A stretch of DNA of 64,000 nucleotides from Catajapyx aquilonaris (GCA_000934665.2 KZ537995.1:1-64000), one strand, 5' to 3'; shown: positions 48,966-63,590, counted from the first letter of the stretch. A program made the numbers and translations. Notes: generated by a model not told the origin, from the letters alone.

Positions 48966-50397
48966 AATATAATAGGAACATAGACTGAAGTTGGCGTGAC
49001 AATAGGAAAAATTGCGAGTAGAGTTTTCAGGTGTTCCAAATGTGCAAAAAATTATGCAGCGTTCTACAGCGTGAAATCATCGGTAAAATCGGGAATTAAG
49101 CAGATTTATTTTCGACATTAAAACGAGCTAGTATTTATCTCACTATTTCAAGCAAATAGGAATGTAACTAATGCTGCTACCGACTCTACTTTTGCATTAC
49201 GGTACCGAAAATCAAATGCGCGCGATAAACCGTCATCAAGTGGAGAATAATTTTCACGTTTAGTAGTTTAGTTCTGCAATAACAGTAATAGTAACATATA
49301 ATACGTGTTAATTTATAAACATTTATATTAAAAGTTATGAATATGTCATTGTTGTAACCGCCACACACGGACCAATCACACAACAGAAAGCTCCATCTCT
49401 GAGCCAATCAGCATCAAGCCGCTGTGAACAAACGCGCGCAGTATAAATCCACTCATATTGCCAAATACAGTACCGTATATTCCGACAGCATCGCCATAAA
49501 TTAACGAAATTCTTTGCAATAAAATCGTCGAAACGCTCCAAAATTGCAATTAAAAACGTGAACAGCAGATGTCGGGTCCTCGAGGTCCGCACCCTGGCGG
49601 GCAATTCCTATCAACGCACCTCATTCCGCTGCTGACAACTCTAGAACAAGCAGACTAGTGGAAGCCAATTCGCAAATTTTTTTGGCGGTGCGAAATATTT
49701 GCACTCATAAATTCGTAAAGCTAACTTGAAAATTTCGGCATCGAATTTGGATGGCTATAATATTTTTGGGGGCGTAGAAATGCATGGAATTGTCATGCTA
49801 TGAAAAGCAATAAAAGATATTCCCTATAATGACACTCTTTTAATTCGAACCGCTTAGTATTAAAAAATATTCTTTTAATATATATATATTTTTGCAAATT
49901 TAAAAAAGTTTAATATTAGCACAGTTTTTTTTTGTTGAAATGATTTATAGAGTAGTTTCATCTGAGGCTGGATTCTGTGTTGTTCGATTCTCCCCTCTCT
50001 AGTTTTTTCAATGGCCCTTTAAGACCTTTGGGGGTTTCCGCCCCGGGGCAGAACCATGGGCAAGAGGAAGAGGAACTCCAGCTTATCCAAATCGGATCAG
50101 GTCAAAAACGGACTCGGGTACGAACAACGGGCACGCCCCGATTTTTTTTTCTCCCTCTCCCTTTCTATACATAAGCAAGAATTACGCCGCCATTTTGAAC
50201 CCATTTTGTACCATATTTTAAAGGCTAATGTGTGACCCTTAGGGGTTCGCCCCGGGGCCAAAATGTGTGCTAGTGCATGCTTCAAAGTGTGGTGCAAATT
50301 ATATGTAGAACGAACTAAAGTTTAGGGTTGAATTAAGTGTGTTTATATGCTATGGAATGTTTTCAGAGGTTCACCGGAGAGGTTCGTGAGCCTAGAA

Positions 50398-53300
50398 ATG
50401 GGTTCTAAAAGGAGACAGAGCAAAGGAGGAAGCTTGGAGTTGATTGTGCTGGACCGTCCGGTTGAGATGGGACAGGAAAAGGATGCGTCGTTGGACGATG
50501 AGAAGGCTGAGGATGTTGTGTCTAAGAGTGTTCCCTTGCGGACTAGTGCGAGAGTACTAAGCAAGCTTAAGAGAGAAGTTTCACCGCAGCCTGGAGAGAA
50601 GAATGGTTCAAAAGGTTCGCTGGCACATATACAGTCACTTAAAGGAGTAACGTAGCGGACATGAAGCTCAAAATAGCCTCCCAAGACCGGCCTTGTCATG
50701 ACAATAAGGGAGGAGCGCCTGTCGTAGAGGCTATTTTGAGTTTCATGTCTGCTATGTTACGCCTTTAAGTGACTACACCCTTCAAGGAGTAATGTAGCAG
50801 ATCTGAAGCTCAAAATAGCCTCTACGACAGGCACTCCTTCTGACTTGAACTCAAAGTAGCCTCCAAGAGCGGCCTTGTCATGACAATAAGGGAGGAGTGC
50901 CTGTCGTAGAGGCTATTTTGAGCTTCAGATCTGCTACCTTACTCCATAAAGGGCGCAGTCACATAAAGGCATAACGTAGCGGACATGAAGCTCAAAATAG
51001 CCTCCAAGACCGGCCTTTTCATGACAAGTCGGAAGGAGTGCCTGTCGTAGAGGCTATTTTGAGCTTCAGATCTGCTACCTTACTCCATAAAGGGCGCAGT
51101 CACATAAAGGCATAACGTAGCGGACATGAAGCTCAAAATAGCCTCCCAAGACCGGCCTTTTCATGACAAGTCGGAAGGAGCGCCTGTTGTAGAGGCTATT
51201 TTGAGCTTCAGGTTTGCTAATTTGCTAATGAGCTAACTATTGCAGCACCTGATGAGTCCAAGACTGATTCATGTGCGGAGATGAATCCGGAGACTCCTAA
51301 ACGGAAGAGGCGTTCATGGGAGCTCTGGTCGATGGATGATAAGAACACATTTTTCGAGGCGCTGAATGAGTACGGGAAGGATTTCGAGTCGATACAGAAC
51401 TACTTTGCGAGTAAGGTTAAAAAGAAAGGGCTGGCGGCACACATTATGAAGAATAAGGATCAGGTGCGGCACTTTTACTACAGGACGTGGCATAAGATCT
51501 CAAAGCACCTCGACTTCTCTAATGGTAAGTTGTAGCCTGCAGTCCACGCATTTTGCTAATCCACGCTTCAGTTCCAGGCGTGAAGAAGTCGACTCAGGAG
51601 CTGTATGCCTTAGTGAACTACGGTGAGCTTCGGAGACGCATCGGAAGCAAAATGGACAGCAAGAATGGGGTGCGTCTGAGGGAGCTTGTCTTTCAAGGGT
51701 GGACCACAGTCCGAGTAAGAGGGAAGGCCATGAGGATTAAAACGCCGCTTTGCAAGGCTCTCAAGAAGCTTAACCAAGTCGAAGGTCAGTTCACACAAGT
51801 CACATCATAGCAGCGAGACTAACATGTACTGTTACAGATCAAGAGGAGGATCATGTGAAGCTTCCGAACCTGGTGACGGTCGAGCTTCGTCCGCACAGCA
51901 ATAGAGATTGGGCGGACGTCCAGGCTACGGCGCAGAACCCACGCATCAAGGTCACTCTTTCGTTGCAGAGGAGGTTGGCCACACTCATACGGTACCTGGA
52001 GAAGAAGTGGGAGCCTAAAACCAAACATGTATCCTCTTACTGTACATTGCCGTCGATATTTTTAAGAGAAAGAAACATTAAAACTACTATATGGATTATG
52101 CAGCCAGCGACTGGGATTGTCATGTGGCAGTCGTAACGAAGACATTCGTTGCTCATAGAAACACTGGCTAATTCCTTAACTTCGCTCAGTGTGACCAAAT
52201 ATTGTCATTTTTGGATCACCTGCCTTCGACGAGAAGTCGCTGCCTCAGAGTGCTTCCGCCAGCTGGAACTCGAATCAACCTACTGCAGGTTTGTTTATGA
52301 CTTTTGCGCCGTTGTAAAATATTTGACGATTATGTATGCAGGTGAAGACTGGTGAGGTTGTTACGAGTCGGGGCCTGAGCCTGAAGATGTACGAAGAGCG
52401 AATGCAGAGCCAGGGATGCCACCCAGCTCCGTCTTCCTCCTCTCCAAAGCGTGCGGCTGGCGGTGGTGGTAAGAGTACAAAGTGCAGCGGCGTACGGAAA
52501 TCAAGTGTGGGTGAAGAGGCAGCGGTGGAGGTGAAGCTGGAGGCGGAGGAGCCTCACGAAGTAGCCCTGAGGCAGTTACTGGCATTGGAGACGGCAGCTA
52601 ATCCGGGTGATGTGGACAATGATGTTATCTGTCTGGAGGACGGTTATCGGACAGGTATGTCCAGAAGAGAGGAGTTGGATGAGGATAAGGTGCCCGTTGG
52701 AACAGGGAGAGATCCGGTGGAGGAAGCGCAGAGGATCAGCGAAGGATGGACGACGGAGGATGCGGGGAGACTCACTATAGGCGAACTCTATCTGATGGTT
52801 TGTTACGGTGCAATGTGCGACGCCGGATCGTTCCTTATAAAATTATTATTTCAGATCGGGCGTAATGAGAAGATCACTCTGGAGTACCACTGGGAGAACA
52901 GTGGATCTCGAGAGGACCAGTCGCCAGTTGCGAACGTTACATCCATGCTTCGGACTCTCCTGTGGGTTGCGCAGGCTTCATTGAGCAAACAGTCGAAGGG
53001 AAGCCTTCCACTTCCTTGCCAGTGTGGTCATACTTGTCCGCCGTTAGAAGGTGTTGTAGGATCGCCTCCAACTACTTCTAAAACGCAAGGGCAGCACAAG
53101 GGCGGAAGGAAATCCGGAAAGGACAAGGCAGTTTCGCCACCTAAATCATCAAATGTTAGCACGCCAACCCCGCCGGTGCCTGTTGCAGCGGCACAGATTG
53201 AGTTGCCTTCTGCGACACATGATGGGCTCTTCCGTCGTCCGTTGCTGCTTCCGTTACACGCAAAAAGGCCGGAGAGTGATGCAGAACAAGCCTTCAAAGA

Positions 53301-54443
53301 GCAGCTTGAGGTAGGGCTTAATTGCGACTTGCTTAACACTTCAATAACAATTACCTCTCTTTCTGTAGAAATTTCGGCCAAAGTATTGCAACCGTACAGG
53401 CCGCAATCGAACCCGCCGAGGACATGTGGTGGTCCAACGAGTTCTTCCATTGCTTCCAAAAGCTGACACAAACCACTCGATGGTCACCTTGAAGGTCATA
53501 CCCAACTACCAGCAGAGACATTTAACTGCCGGCAGCTTTGTGCCTTTGTCCGTACAAACACAGCTTCCCGCCACACAAAATACTGTTACAAGTCTACCTG
53601 GCAGTAGTGCACCCGCCACACTTCCGGGCATGCCTGGTAGCAGCACAGTCCATCCAAATTTGGCCGCCGGTACTGCTAATCAAATAAGTGTGATCAAAGT
53701 CACTAACGCAAACATTGGTAGCATCACAAATCAAAGAAATGTGACGGCGCCACAGACGGATGCGACTGTGAATCAGACCGATACGGTCGTACCGAGCGTA
53801 AATGTGGCCAGCGTCTCCGCGACTATTCCGACTCAGAACTATGCTGTTAGTGTCGCTGCGGGAAGTGCTGAGAGCCCGAGGGTGGACTTTATATCAATAT
53901 TGGACATCGGAGCGCTACCAGTTCGGAGTGAAGAGACGGGGAAGTTGCTGGACGTTGCTTTGGGCGATTCGGATTCAAGTCTCTCGGGGCTGTTGGACGC
54001 AGCGAAAGGTTCAACCAGAGAGGTTAAGACGTCGCCGGTGGTTCGACCCGAGGCGGAAGACACAGTGGAGGAGGAGGTGCGGACGGCTCCAACCAGCCCG
54101 TCGAGAATACTGCGGGACACGGACAACCAGTGGCTCAACGGGGAGGTCGGCGACTTTTCTCTGAGCAGCCTGTTGGGTCATCTGGAGTCTCCGCAGAAGA
54201 TGCCCGTCTCTGGAAACAGTGCCATCGTCATGGAAGAAAGCAGCAGAATGTCGTGTGATGTAAGTTCGATTTGTACTCAACAATAATTGCGGTTAATGTG
54301 TTAGTTATTACATGTGTCTATTCGTACAGGTGGATTCGCAGCTTCAGTGCTTGATGATAGAAAACAGCGTGGACTACACGGCGAAGTTTGCGGATCTTGC
54401 CGCACAGATCTCAGCCACTGTGGACACTCCCGTTAAGAAGTGA
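50398..54443 (+). CDS. CRAMP1: Cramped-like chromatin regulator (about 9 exons)
   Basis: SANT domain RRSWELWSMDDKNTFFEALNEYGKDFESIQ, KNKDQVRHFYYRTWHKI, ELYALVNYGELRR, QNPRIK, LTIGELYLM, C-terminal ENSVDYTAKFADLAAQI. Confidence 0.93.
50632..51215. repeat. Intronic tandem array of ~140-bp self-complementary units
   Basis: Alternating TGAAGCTCAAAATAGCCTC and GAGGCTATTTTGAGCTTCA in cramped intron 1. Confidence 0.9.
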
Positions 54444-56100
54444 CCTGTCCGTTTTGTGACTCTAACGTCAGTATTAATGAGGTCATCAATACAAGCCTTT
54501 GAGATACCAAACAAACAAAAAATTTCACTGCAAATAATTATTGTCGAGGCGGGATAGCGGGTCCAATCTGATATTGTACAACCTAACAGAGCCTACGAAG
54601 TCTTCCAATCTCTCCTCCAGATTCATCTGGAGTGTAGGCTTGAAATCAATTGTCGTCACTGTTGCTGTAATATTTTTTCATAGCTGAACATTATTTGTGG
54701 ATTATTATTTTTTTGGTGCGTTTGTTAATTATTCTGTCGACGTAATGTAAGGACTGGCTTGTTACCTCCGCGAATACAACTTAATTTAACGACTGGATCT
54801 CTTGATTCGCTGGCAGTTCCAGCGATTCAAATACTTGGTCTTGAACACCTCGAAACTGCAGTTTATTTGTAACAAATCTTCTTAAGGATAAAGAAGTGTA
54901 ATAATTGTCCTGAAAAGTACACACAAATTATACCTGTGATATATTATACAGAAGAAAAATAGTAAACTTGCAGGGCTGATTATACGGATTATTATAATAT
55001 TATTATTATTACACATTGTATAAAAAACTGGTATTATGCAAAAACATAGCAATTTCCAGCAATCGCAGTTGACCTGAGAAAATTCTCTTCGATTACCTTG
55101 AAGTGGACTGTACATTTCCGTTAATAACAAAAAAAGTGACAAATCTGGTCGAACACATCTTGTTATTGAAATATTTTTCCAATATGCTTTAATATTGTAT
55201 TTTTGAATTAATAAGGGCACTAATTGTATCATACCCTGCTTACCAATACCAAGAGCTAATTATAATTGATGCTAATTTCAGATGCGGTCTAGGTACCGGT
55301 AAGTTAAATCGCAACAATTTCAATGTACAATATTATTGGTATATACCTTTCAAAAACCTTATACATTATATGGGTCACATAATAAGTAATAATTAGGTAA
55401 GTTAAATCATAACAATTATAAATTTAACATATCAGTTAAGTAATAATAATTAAGAAAAAGATAACGATAATAGGGAGCCAGACTTTAAATTGTTATGCAT
55501 GTGCACATAAATGATCAGGTGTGTATGAACACAGAACAATTATTTTAAATATATTCCAATAATTTATTGAAATCTGATCGAATTTTAAAAATCTGTTCGA
55601 TGAAAACCGCGCCTACTGCCTGTGCTGCAGTGAACTATGGGACACAAGTCGGGGCCTACTACCTGTGCCCGATCCGCCCCTTTGATTTTGGAACGATTTT
55701 TTCGGGTATGATTGAAAAAGCAATTAGAAATAATTAATTTGTGGTTTAATTGAATAGGTACATGCACAGACGTACTTGCAGTGTACTCGTCTTTGGTGTA
55801 AGCAACATTTGGAACATTTAAAAGTTGGGTATGTTTGATTTTGAGGTGAATGTTATTGCTGAAAGATGCAAAAAAAGGTGTTAAAATATTTAATTAACAG
55901 TTGTCTAATTATTTTTTTTAAAAAGTGATTGGCTCCATTAATTTTGTCAACATCGTACGCTTCACGTGAGGAATAATCATTCCCTGATTCATCGCAACTG
56001 TATAATTGATGTGGTTTTATCAGCCGCGGGATTGTCACTTACGAAAGGGTCAGACATTTTGTATGATTTTATTATTTCCAAAAGCAGCAGCCTTTTGAAG

Positions 56101-59100
56101 ATGGACGGGACCAAACCTTCCTTGGGCAACTCTGGATTCGGCGCATTCACATTCTTCGCATCGCTTCACCCAGGGGAAGTGTGCGGAAGCAACGGACTTC
56201 CCTTGACGCCCAACTCCGTCAAAATACTTGGGAGAGCGCAAGAGCTAAAGACGATCGTACATCCTAACCTGTGTACATACGTGGATGTCATTAGAGGCAA
56301 ACATGGTTCGTACATGTACATGCCTTTTGATAGTCTCAGCTTAACGTGGCGCGTTTTATTTTCCAGAGCAATTGAAGGTGGTGTGCGAGTACTACGGACG
56401 TACCCTGAGAGCAGCTTGGGGTCAAGGCGAGTTCAGGGAGGCGTCTGAAGCCGTGAGCGTCGCTAACCAGTGCCTGAAAGCCCTCGCTTTTCTGAACAAC
56501 AGGTATCTGGTGGTCGCCAGAAATATTTGCCCTGAGAACGTACAAGTCGCAGGAGACGGAGGGACTGTGAAGCTGTTCAATTACGGGATGTACTACGTCA
56601 CGGATGGCGGCAGAGACATCACTTTTCCCATCGGGTTGGTACAGTATGGAATTTACAGAAGTACAGAAAAGTACAGAAAATAACGGATATACAGAAAAGT
56701 ACGGAGAGTAACGGATATACAGAAAAGTACGGAGAGTAACGCATATACAGAAAAGTACGATCAAACCGAATATATTCAGAATCTGCGACTATTGCATTGT
56801 TACGTAGAGATTCGACTTATTATCATTTTGGTTTTTTTGCATCTATTGCAGACATCCGAAATATCTTCCTCCTGAAGTGTACCTTTCCGAGTGTGTGGAT
56901 TCGTCTCCGCCTGATGATGCGAGTGTGGATGTGTGGTCTTTAGGTCTGATGGTGCTAGAACTAGTTCTTGGAACTACGCTTTGGGAGGACCTTAAGCTGA
57001 TTCAAGTGATACGGAAGGTCATTAGCCTTATTCACTGCCAGTCTGTTATTGATCGGATTGCGCTGGAGCACAACTGCACGCAGACGCTGCAGGTGATTGT
57101 AAATTCACTGTGTTTTAAAGCTGTCGACGTCAATGTTTTTTTTTAAAACATTACAGTCGCTACCAGAGTCTCTCCGTGATTTCCTCTCCAAATGTTTGAC
57201 TGTGATGCCGACTGCCAGACCAGATCCGGCCGACCTTCTGGGACATCCGGTGTTCCTAGAGTTTGAAATAGACACTGATGCATCGATACCGGATCCGGGT
57301 GCGAACTATTTTTTGGGAACACATCCACGATCCAAGGGTTTAACGATTGAAAGCCTAAGGGCAATGAGCTGGAACGGAAGCAATGTTGGTGGATCCGGGC
57401 CTACGACCTTAACAGATTCGGACCATATGAGCGAGAGAGGGATGAAAGAGGTGTACCATATCTGGCAACTGGCTGGCGGTGATGTGGACTCAGCTTTGAA
57501 GACGCAAGAAATGGTCCGATTCAAACCGCCAGTACTGTCCATACCAAAGTATGTCCACATGAATGATACGTTACTTATTGGTAATAATTGTGTGTTATCC
57601 GACAGCATGATGTTACTCGAGGGTAAGACGTTCGGGCAGCGTAAGGACTGCGCTCTTCTATGGAATCCGACCGTAGTGACCCTTCCGCTGCAAGAACTCC
57701 GCAAACGCTTAAGCCACATACCGCCTGAATCGTACTACCCATTAATATTGGAACAGGAGGAACCAGAGTCGCCGCAGGAAGCTTCAGTGACCGAGTCGCT
57801 ACCACTGGTTATCCGAGAGAGGGATATTGAGTATCAGTTCCATCGGGTGGTACTCTTTGAGAGGCTGCTCAAAGGATATCCGTTTACGAGAGCGCAGATT
57901 ATTAGGGAGGCTCGGAAGGACGTACCGCCACTGTACAGAGCACAGGTATGTACGCGAGTCACATTTTGTCCTGACGTAACCAGAGTGTTTCCGATTAGGT
58001 TTGGGCTGCCTTGCTTGAACTTGAAGGTAATATTGTCGGCCGGTACAGTTCTGTGGATAAGGAAACGCCGTGTCCGACCGATCGGCAGATAGAAGTGGAC
58101 ATACCTCGCTGCCATCAGTACGACGAGCTTCTGTCATCCCCGTCTGGTCATGCGAAGTTCAAGCGTGTGTTGAAAGCGTGGGTCGTCAGCCATCCAGGTT
58201 ACGTGTATTGGCAAGGGTTGGATTCCCTCTGTGCCCCTTTCCTGTACCTGAACTTCAACAGAGAGGACTTGGCGTACGCGTGTCTCAGTGCATTTGTGCC
58301 CAAATATCTACATGGGTTTTTCCTCAAGGACAACTCTGCGGTCATACAAGAGTATCTCGTTACATTCTCGCATCTCGTGGCGTTTCATGATGCTCAGCTC
58401 ACTAATCATCTTGACGACATCGGGTTCATACCGGAGCTGTACGCAATACCGTGGTTTCTAACGATGTTTTCACGTAAGTCGCTTCGATCCGGATTTTAGA
58501 TTCTTGAATGATTCGTTGCTTTACAGATGTGTTTCCGCTGCACAAAATATTTCATCTGTGGGACAAGCTGCTTCTTGGCGACTCCTCGTTTCCGTTGTGC
58601 GTCGGACTGGCCATCCTTATGCAGCTGAGAGACACCTTGCTGTCATCTGGGTTCAACGAGTGTATCCTTCTATTCTCGGACATGCCTGAAGTGGATATTG
58701 AGCGTTGCGTCAAAGACTCGGTGGAAATATTCTGCAGCACTCCCAAGAGCGTCACGTACAGACAGCACCAGTTGCAAGTTAAGAAGAAAGGTCGAAGCAA
58801 GGAAAAGACCACCTCCGTTGATCTGGCAAGTCCATATTAATACTCAAACAGTGTAATTATTAATATGAAAATATTTATTCCCGCAATTTTAGGGAATGGA
58901 TCCGATTTCGCTGTCGGATTTGAAATCTGAAAAGTGTCCTCGGATAAGTGCAGAGGACATGCTGGACCTTCTGGATCTTCAACATGTAAAATTTTCAAAG
59001 CCAAAAGCTATGGTCGTGGACATCCGCGGAGCTGATGATTACGCACGTGGAACAATTCCGACGGCCATCAACGTTCCTCTCGACTCCGGAGAAGATCCGC

Positions 59101-59279
59101 AGAAGTTCCTAGCCGGGTCGAAAGGCAAAGTGATCGTAGTTTGCGGAAAGAACGTCTCACAAGCGTCTGGGTTTGCGGCTGGACTAGTGCGCGCTGGATA
59201 TTCCAGAGTGTGCGTGTTGCATAAAGGAATTGACGTGCTGCGGACAACCGGGCTGCTAGCGGTCCCCAGCTGCATGTGA
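56101..59279 (+). CDS. TBCK: TBC1-domain-containing kinase-like protein (pseudokinase-TBC-rhodanese, 8 exons)
   Basis: [57 protein letters not shown]-terminal rhodanese domain. Confidence 0.96.
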
Positions 59280-61836
59280 AGGTGGTGGTATTATAATGGG
59301 CATGGGTCTCGATGGATCTGGCTTATGCTGCGGATCGGGCTGCCCAGTTAGCACCCTCCGAATAAGCCGCAGCTCCTCTCGGTGACTCAAAACCTTTTCC
59401 AAGTCTGCAATAAAAGATATTAATGACATGCACTTGCTAGTCATAAGTGTGTACGTACCTGCTCTGAGCTGCTCCACTTCCTTTCTAAGCGCTCTGACTT
59501 GATCCTCTTTTCTTCCAGCTTCCCTCGCAGCATCCTCCGATTTCAACTTCCATCTCCTGACCTCCTCTTCGCATTGGATGACCGCCTGCAGCAATCCGCC
59601 ATGGTCACCACCCGCCGATTCCACCGCCCTTTTCACGACTCCCAACTCTCTCTCCGTTTCCATCCTCTCCGCTCTTTCCTTTTCTACCTGTCCGTTTAAT
59701 TCACCGGCTTGACGCTCCAGTGCGGCCACCTTTCTCGCCAGCCGCAAGCTCTGTCCCAAGCACCGTTTTAGATGGGACGGAACGATCCCGGCGTATCCGT
59801 ACAGCACTCTTTGGGCCTCGTCGTCGTCCGGCATCTGAGCCGCAAGCGTGCTAGCATCGTCAAGTTCTTTTTCAAGCCGCTCAAACGACTCTAAGCGATG
59901 GCTGGCTTGCGAGAGGCTCACGGTTAGCGAAGAGACACGCTTTTCATGCGCCGCCTGGACGTACGTCAGCTCTTCGCGTAGTAGCTGAAATGCAAACGGG
60001 AATTACAATCGGAGCAACTTGCTTCTAAGTACGACCCACCTCAACTTTCCGTGCAAGCTGCTCCTTGTCCAACGTTGCGTTATCTAATCTTTGCTGCAAC
60101 TGAGCCGCCATAGCTTCCGCCCTTTCCAGTTCAAACGCCTTCAGTCGTGCATCTGCTTCTAGGTCGGCCACTTTACTCGTCAGATTCACTCTCTGCTCCT
60201 GCAACCTGTTGGGAATAAACAAGTAAGCGAACAACTCGCATGTTCAAGAGGCAGAAACGTACTGTTGAAGTAGTGAGTCGTATTTCGAAGCCATCTCTCG
60301 CTCGGCTTGGATGGCTTCGTCTCGTTGCCTCGTAAGCATGTCGGCTACATTGCGGCTGGCTTCCTTCTCTCGCTCATACAAAGTCGTAGTTGAAGTCACG
60401 GTGCGCTCTAGTTCACGCTCGGCTGTTGAACGAAGCTTGTGGAGCTCGGAAGTCAGACGGGACTCGTAGTCTGTCCGGAACGACTCTCTGAAACAATTGG
60501 ACCAATTTGTAAATTTTTTTGAAAATCATCGAACAGGTGCGGTGCCACAATTAGTATTTTCATGTAAGGCCTTCAATTGAGACGAATTATCGTCGCGTTC
60601 ATATGTGAGCGATTGTTACTTTCGGTCCAAATTGGTTTCATTGCTCAACGATGCTTATCGCTGATCAAATTGCTCACATGTAAATGCAGCTTTGTTCATT
60701 GTTTGCAACAATTCATGAAGAATGTGCCAATCGGCTAACCTTGCGTCCATGTAGCGACGATTGATCTCATCGTAAGCTCTTTGCGTCCTCTCCAGAACCA
60801 TCATTGCATGACTGAGCTTGTCCTCTGCAACCTCTGCCTGACGCGATGAGGTCTCGTAATGACGCGAGAGGTATTCCTTGTCTCGCTCCAAGAGTGTCAG
60901 CTTTTCCTGCACTGCTGTTTTCGCAGCAACCGCAATCTCAACGTCTTTTGCCAACCGATCACACCGATCTTCCAAACTCCGCTGACTGCTTGCCAGTTGG
61001 GAATTCTCCGATTGTATTCGAGCAAGTTCGGCACTTACACGGTCATATTCAGCGACTTTGACCTTGTTTCGTTGCACTTCTGATTTAAGTCCGTCGCGTT
61101 CCATGGCAATTAAATGCAAGTCTTGCCTCGCCTCGTTCAATGCAATTCGATGCGATTGTGCCTCGTCCTCAGCGTGTCTCAAATGCAGACGCAGCGAACT
61201 AAGCTCACTTTTGGCACCATTCCTCGCAGAATTACATGCATCAATCTCGCTCCGTAAGGGCAGTATCGCATGATATATTCGGAGCGTAGCAAACTCGCTG
61301 ATGGACATGGCTTCCGGGTCTTGTTGCAGTAGCTCCATGTACTTCTTCTCATCGGTCAGATCCACGGTTCTTATGGCCTCCTTTACGCTTGTAGTGCTCT
61401 CAAGAAGCTTTGAATTAATGCTCTCAAGCTGCGACTGCCGTTCCCTGAGTTTGTCCAGCTCCTCTTTGAACCGGGTTGTGACCCTGCTTGCTTCCTCCTT
61501 CTGAACTCTCGCCTGAGCCTGCGACCTGGCCCCAAGAATATCCCGTTGTCGTATTGCTTCCCCCAGTTGCGACTGCAGCTTCTCAGTTTGTGCCAATCGC
61601 TCTGACTGCATGTTGCGGATGGTGAGGTCACGCTGGGACAGGTGCAGCTTCAGCAGATGCATCTCGTGGCGGAGGCGAGACCCTTCCGCCTTGGACCTGC
61701 CCCGACTATCCTCGTCCTCCGAGAGGCCCAAGTCCACCGAGATGGTCATGTCCGTCGCAGCAGTCGTTTCAGCAGGGCTCGGGTCCTTGTCCAGGTCACG
61801 GACGGACCCACTCGACACAGAATAAGTGGATGACAT
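59256..61836 (-). CDS. PIBF1: Progesterone-induced blocking factor 1 / CEP90 (exons 61836-60740, 60487-60263, 60205-60040, 59984-59459, 59404-59256)
   Basis: LRHEMHLLKLHLSQRDLTI, MSISEFATLRIYHAILPL, LLERDKEYL, YGYAGIVPSHLKRCL.QSLRLARKV, DLEKVLSHREEL resemble PIBF1; long coiled coil. Confidence 0.88.
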
Positions 61837-61929
61837 TGTCTGAAACTATGTTTATTACAATAATTTATATTTATTACAATAACACCCCCTGTTCTATATT
61901 ATGATATGACTTATTTAGTCTTTTAATGA

Positions 61930-62490
61930 TACGACTACTACTACTAATATTAACTACTAACAACTATTAAGTACTTACTTACGACTACTACGAAGTACTA
62001 ATATTAACTATAACTACTACTACGAAGTACTAAATTAACTAACTACTACTACGAAGTACTAATATTAACTATAACTACTACTACGAAGTACTAAATTAAC
62101 TAACTACTACTACGAAGTACTAATATTAACTATTACTACTACTAAGTACTAATATTAACTATACTACTAAGTACTTACTAATTACTGTAACTACTACTAA
62201 GTACTTACTAATTACTGTAACTACTACTAAGTACTTACTAATTACTGTAACTACTACTAAGTACTTACTAATTACTGTAACTACTACTAAGTACTTACTA
62301 ATTAGTAATTACTATAAACTACATATAAGTTACGACTACTAATTAATTCCTTATTTACTACTACACACTACTTATTAATTCCTTATTTACTACTACTAAT
62401 TAATTACTAATTACTACCACAAACTACTAGCTGCTAATTACTTCTACTAACTACTTATTAATTACTAATTAATACTACTAACTACCAATA
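61930..62490 (+). repeat. AT-rich (ACT)n-derived tandem repeat block
   Basis: 30-bp unit CTACTACTAAGTACTTACTAATTACTGTAA, about 4 copies, plus related ACTACTACGAAGTACTAA units. Confidence 0.9.
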
Positions 62491-63590
62491 TTAACCAATG
62501 ATTATGACCTCTTGTTATGACTAAACTGATTATGATTGATGATTTAATGTGCTAGTACTGCAACGATGTTTTTTTCTCTCTCGGCAATTACACTTCGTAC
62601 TTGCAGTAATTACCTGTACTAATAGCCTGGCAGGTGCTGATCAAATTGTAAAGGCAAAGAATCCGTCTGGAAAGCGTCGAACGAACAAAAATTCGACAAA
62701 TCCGTTGACGCCATCTTTTTCGAATACGCCGCACGGGGAGTAGGCAGCCACCGGCACCCTGTTCCAACAACAGGGAGTGGGGCGGCCACAACTCCCTGGA
62801 AATTAAAAAAAACTGGAATCAAAACTTTGCCATTTTTAGGACATAATTTAGACGGCATAAAATCCGCCTAATTTTTAAACCTTAGATTAAAACCGGTCCT
62901 GATGAGAGAATCGGAAGTAATAAATTTGCGAGGGGCAGGGGGGTGGAGGGGGGGTAGGAGGAAGTTGGGTTGTTCCTGCTTCGTTCGAAAAGAAAAAAGA
63001 AAAAAAGAAAAATCATTTGCCAATGGCGACTGTGCACGTTCCAAGACTGCGTCTGGCTCTTTTACTAGTCTGAAGAAGAATATTGGGGCTTCAGAAAGGA
63101 GAAGGGAGGGCCCCACCAGAGGAAGGAGCCGGCTGTGTCTACAAAGAACCACAAAAGGGTAAAGAAAAAGAAGGGATGGAAGGGGACCCCGGGTTGGGAA
63201 GGAGGGGCAACGACCCAGGGTAAATTGGAAGCGGAAATTTCTGGAAATAAGGAAAGTGTTGCAATCGAACGTCTTTTTAACGATGGAATCTTAATTCGTC
63301 GTACAACTGATGAGTCATGTTGGGGGGGCTGGAATAATTGTTGCAAATTGTACCGCACGTAATAAGTAATGGAAGTAAATTTCAATAGTTTTTTGAAACA
63401 AATGTTTCCGCACCCCACACATAGCGTCATTCGACTCGGCTCATCAAGTAGATTCACGAAATACGCAGAATATGCGGCCATTGAGTAGACATGAATATAA
63501 ATAATTGCGGTTGCCTAGAGCAACCTGTGGTTCATTCTGACTGTTGTTTACATTTCCAGTGGAACTGTGGTTGATCCCAAGAGTAGAAGG

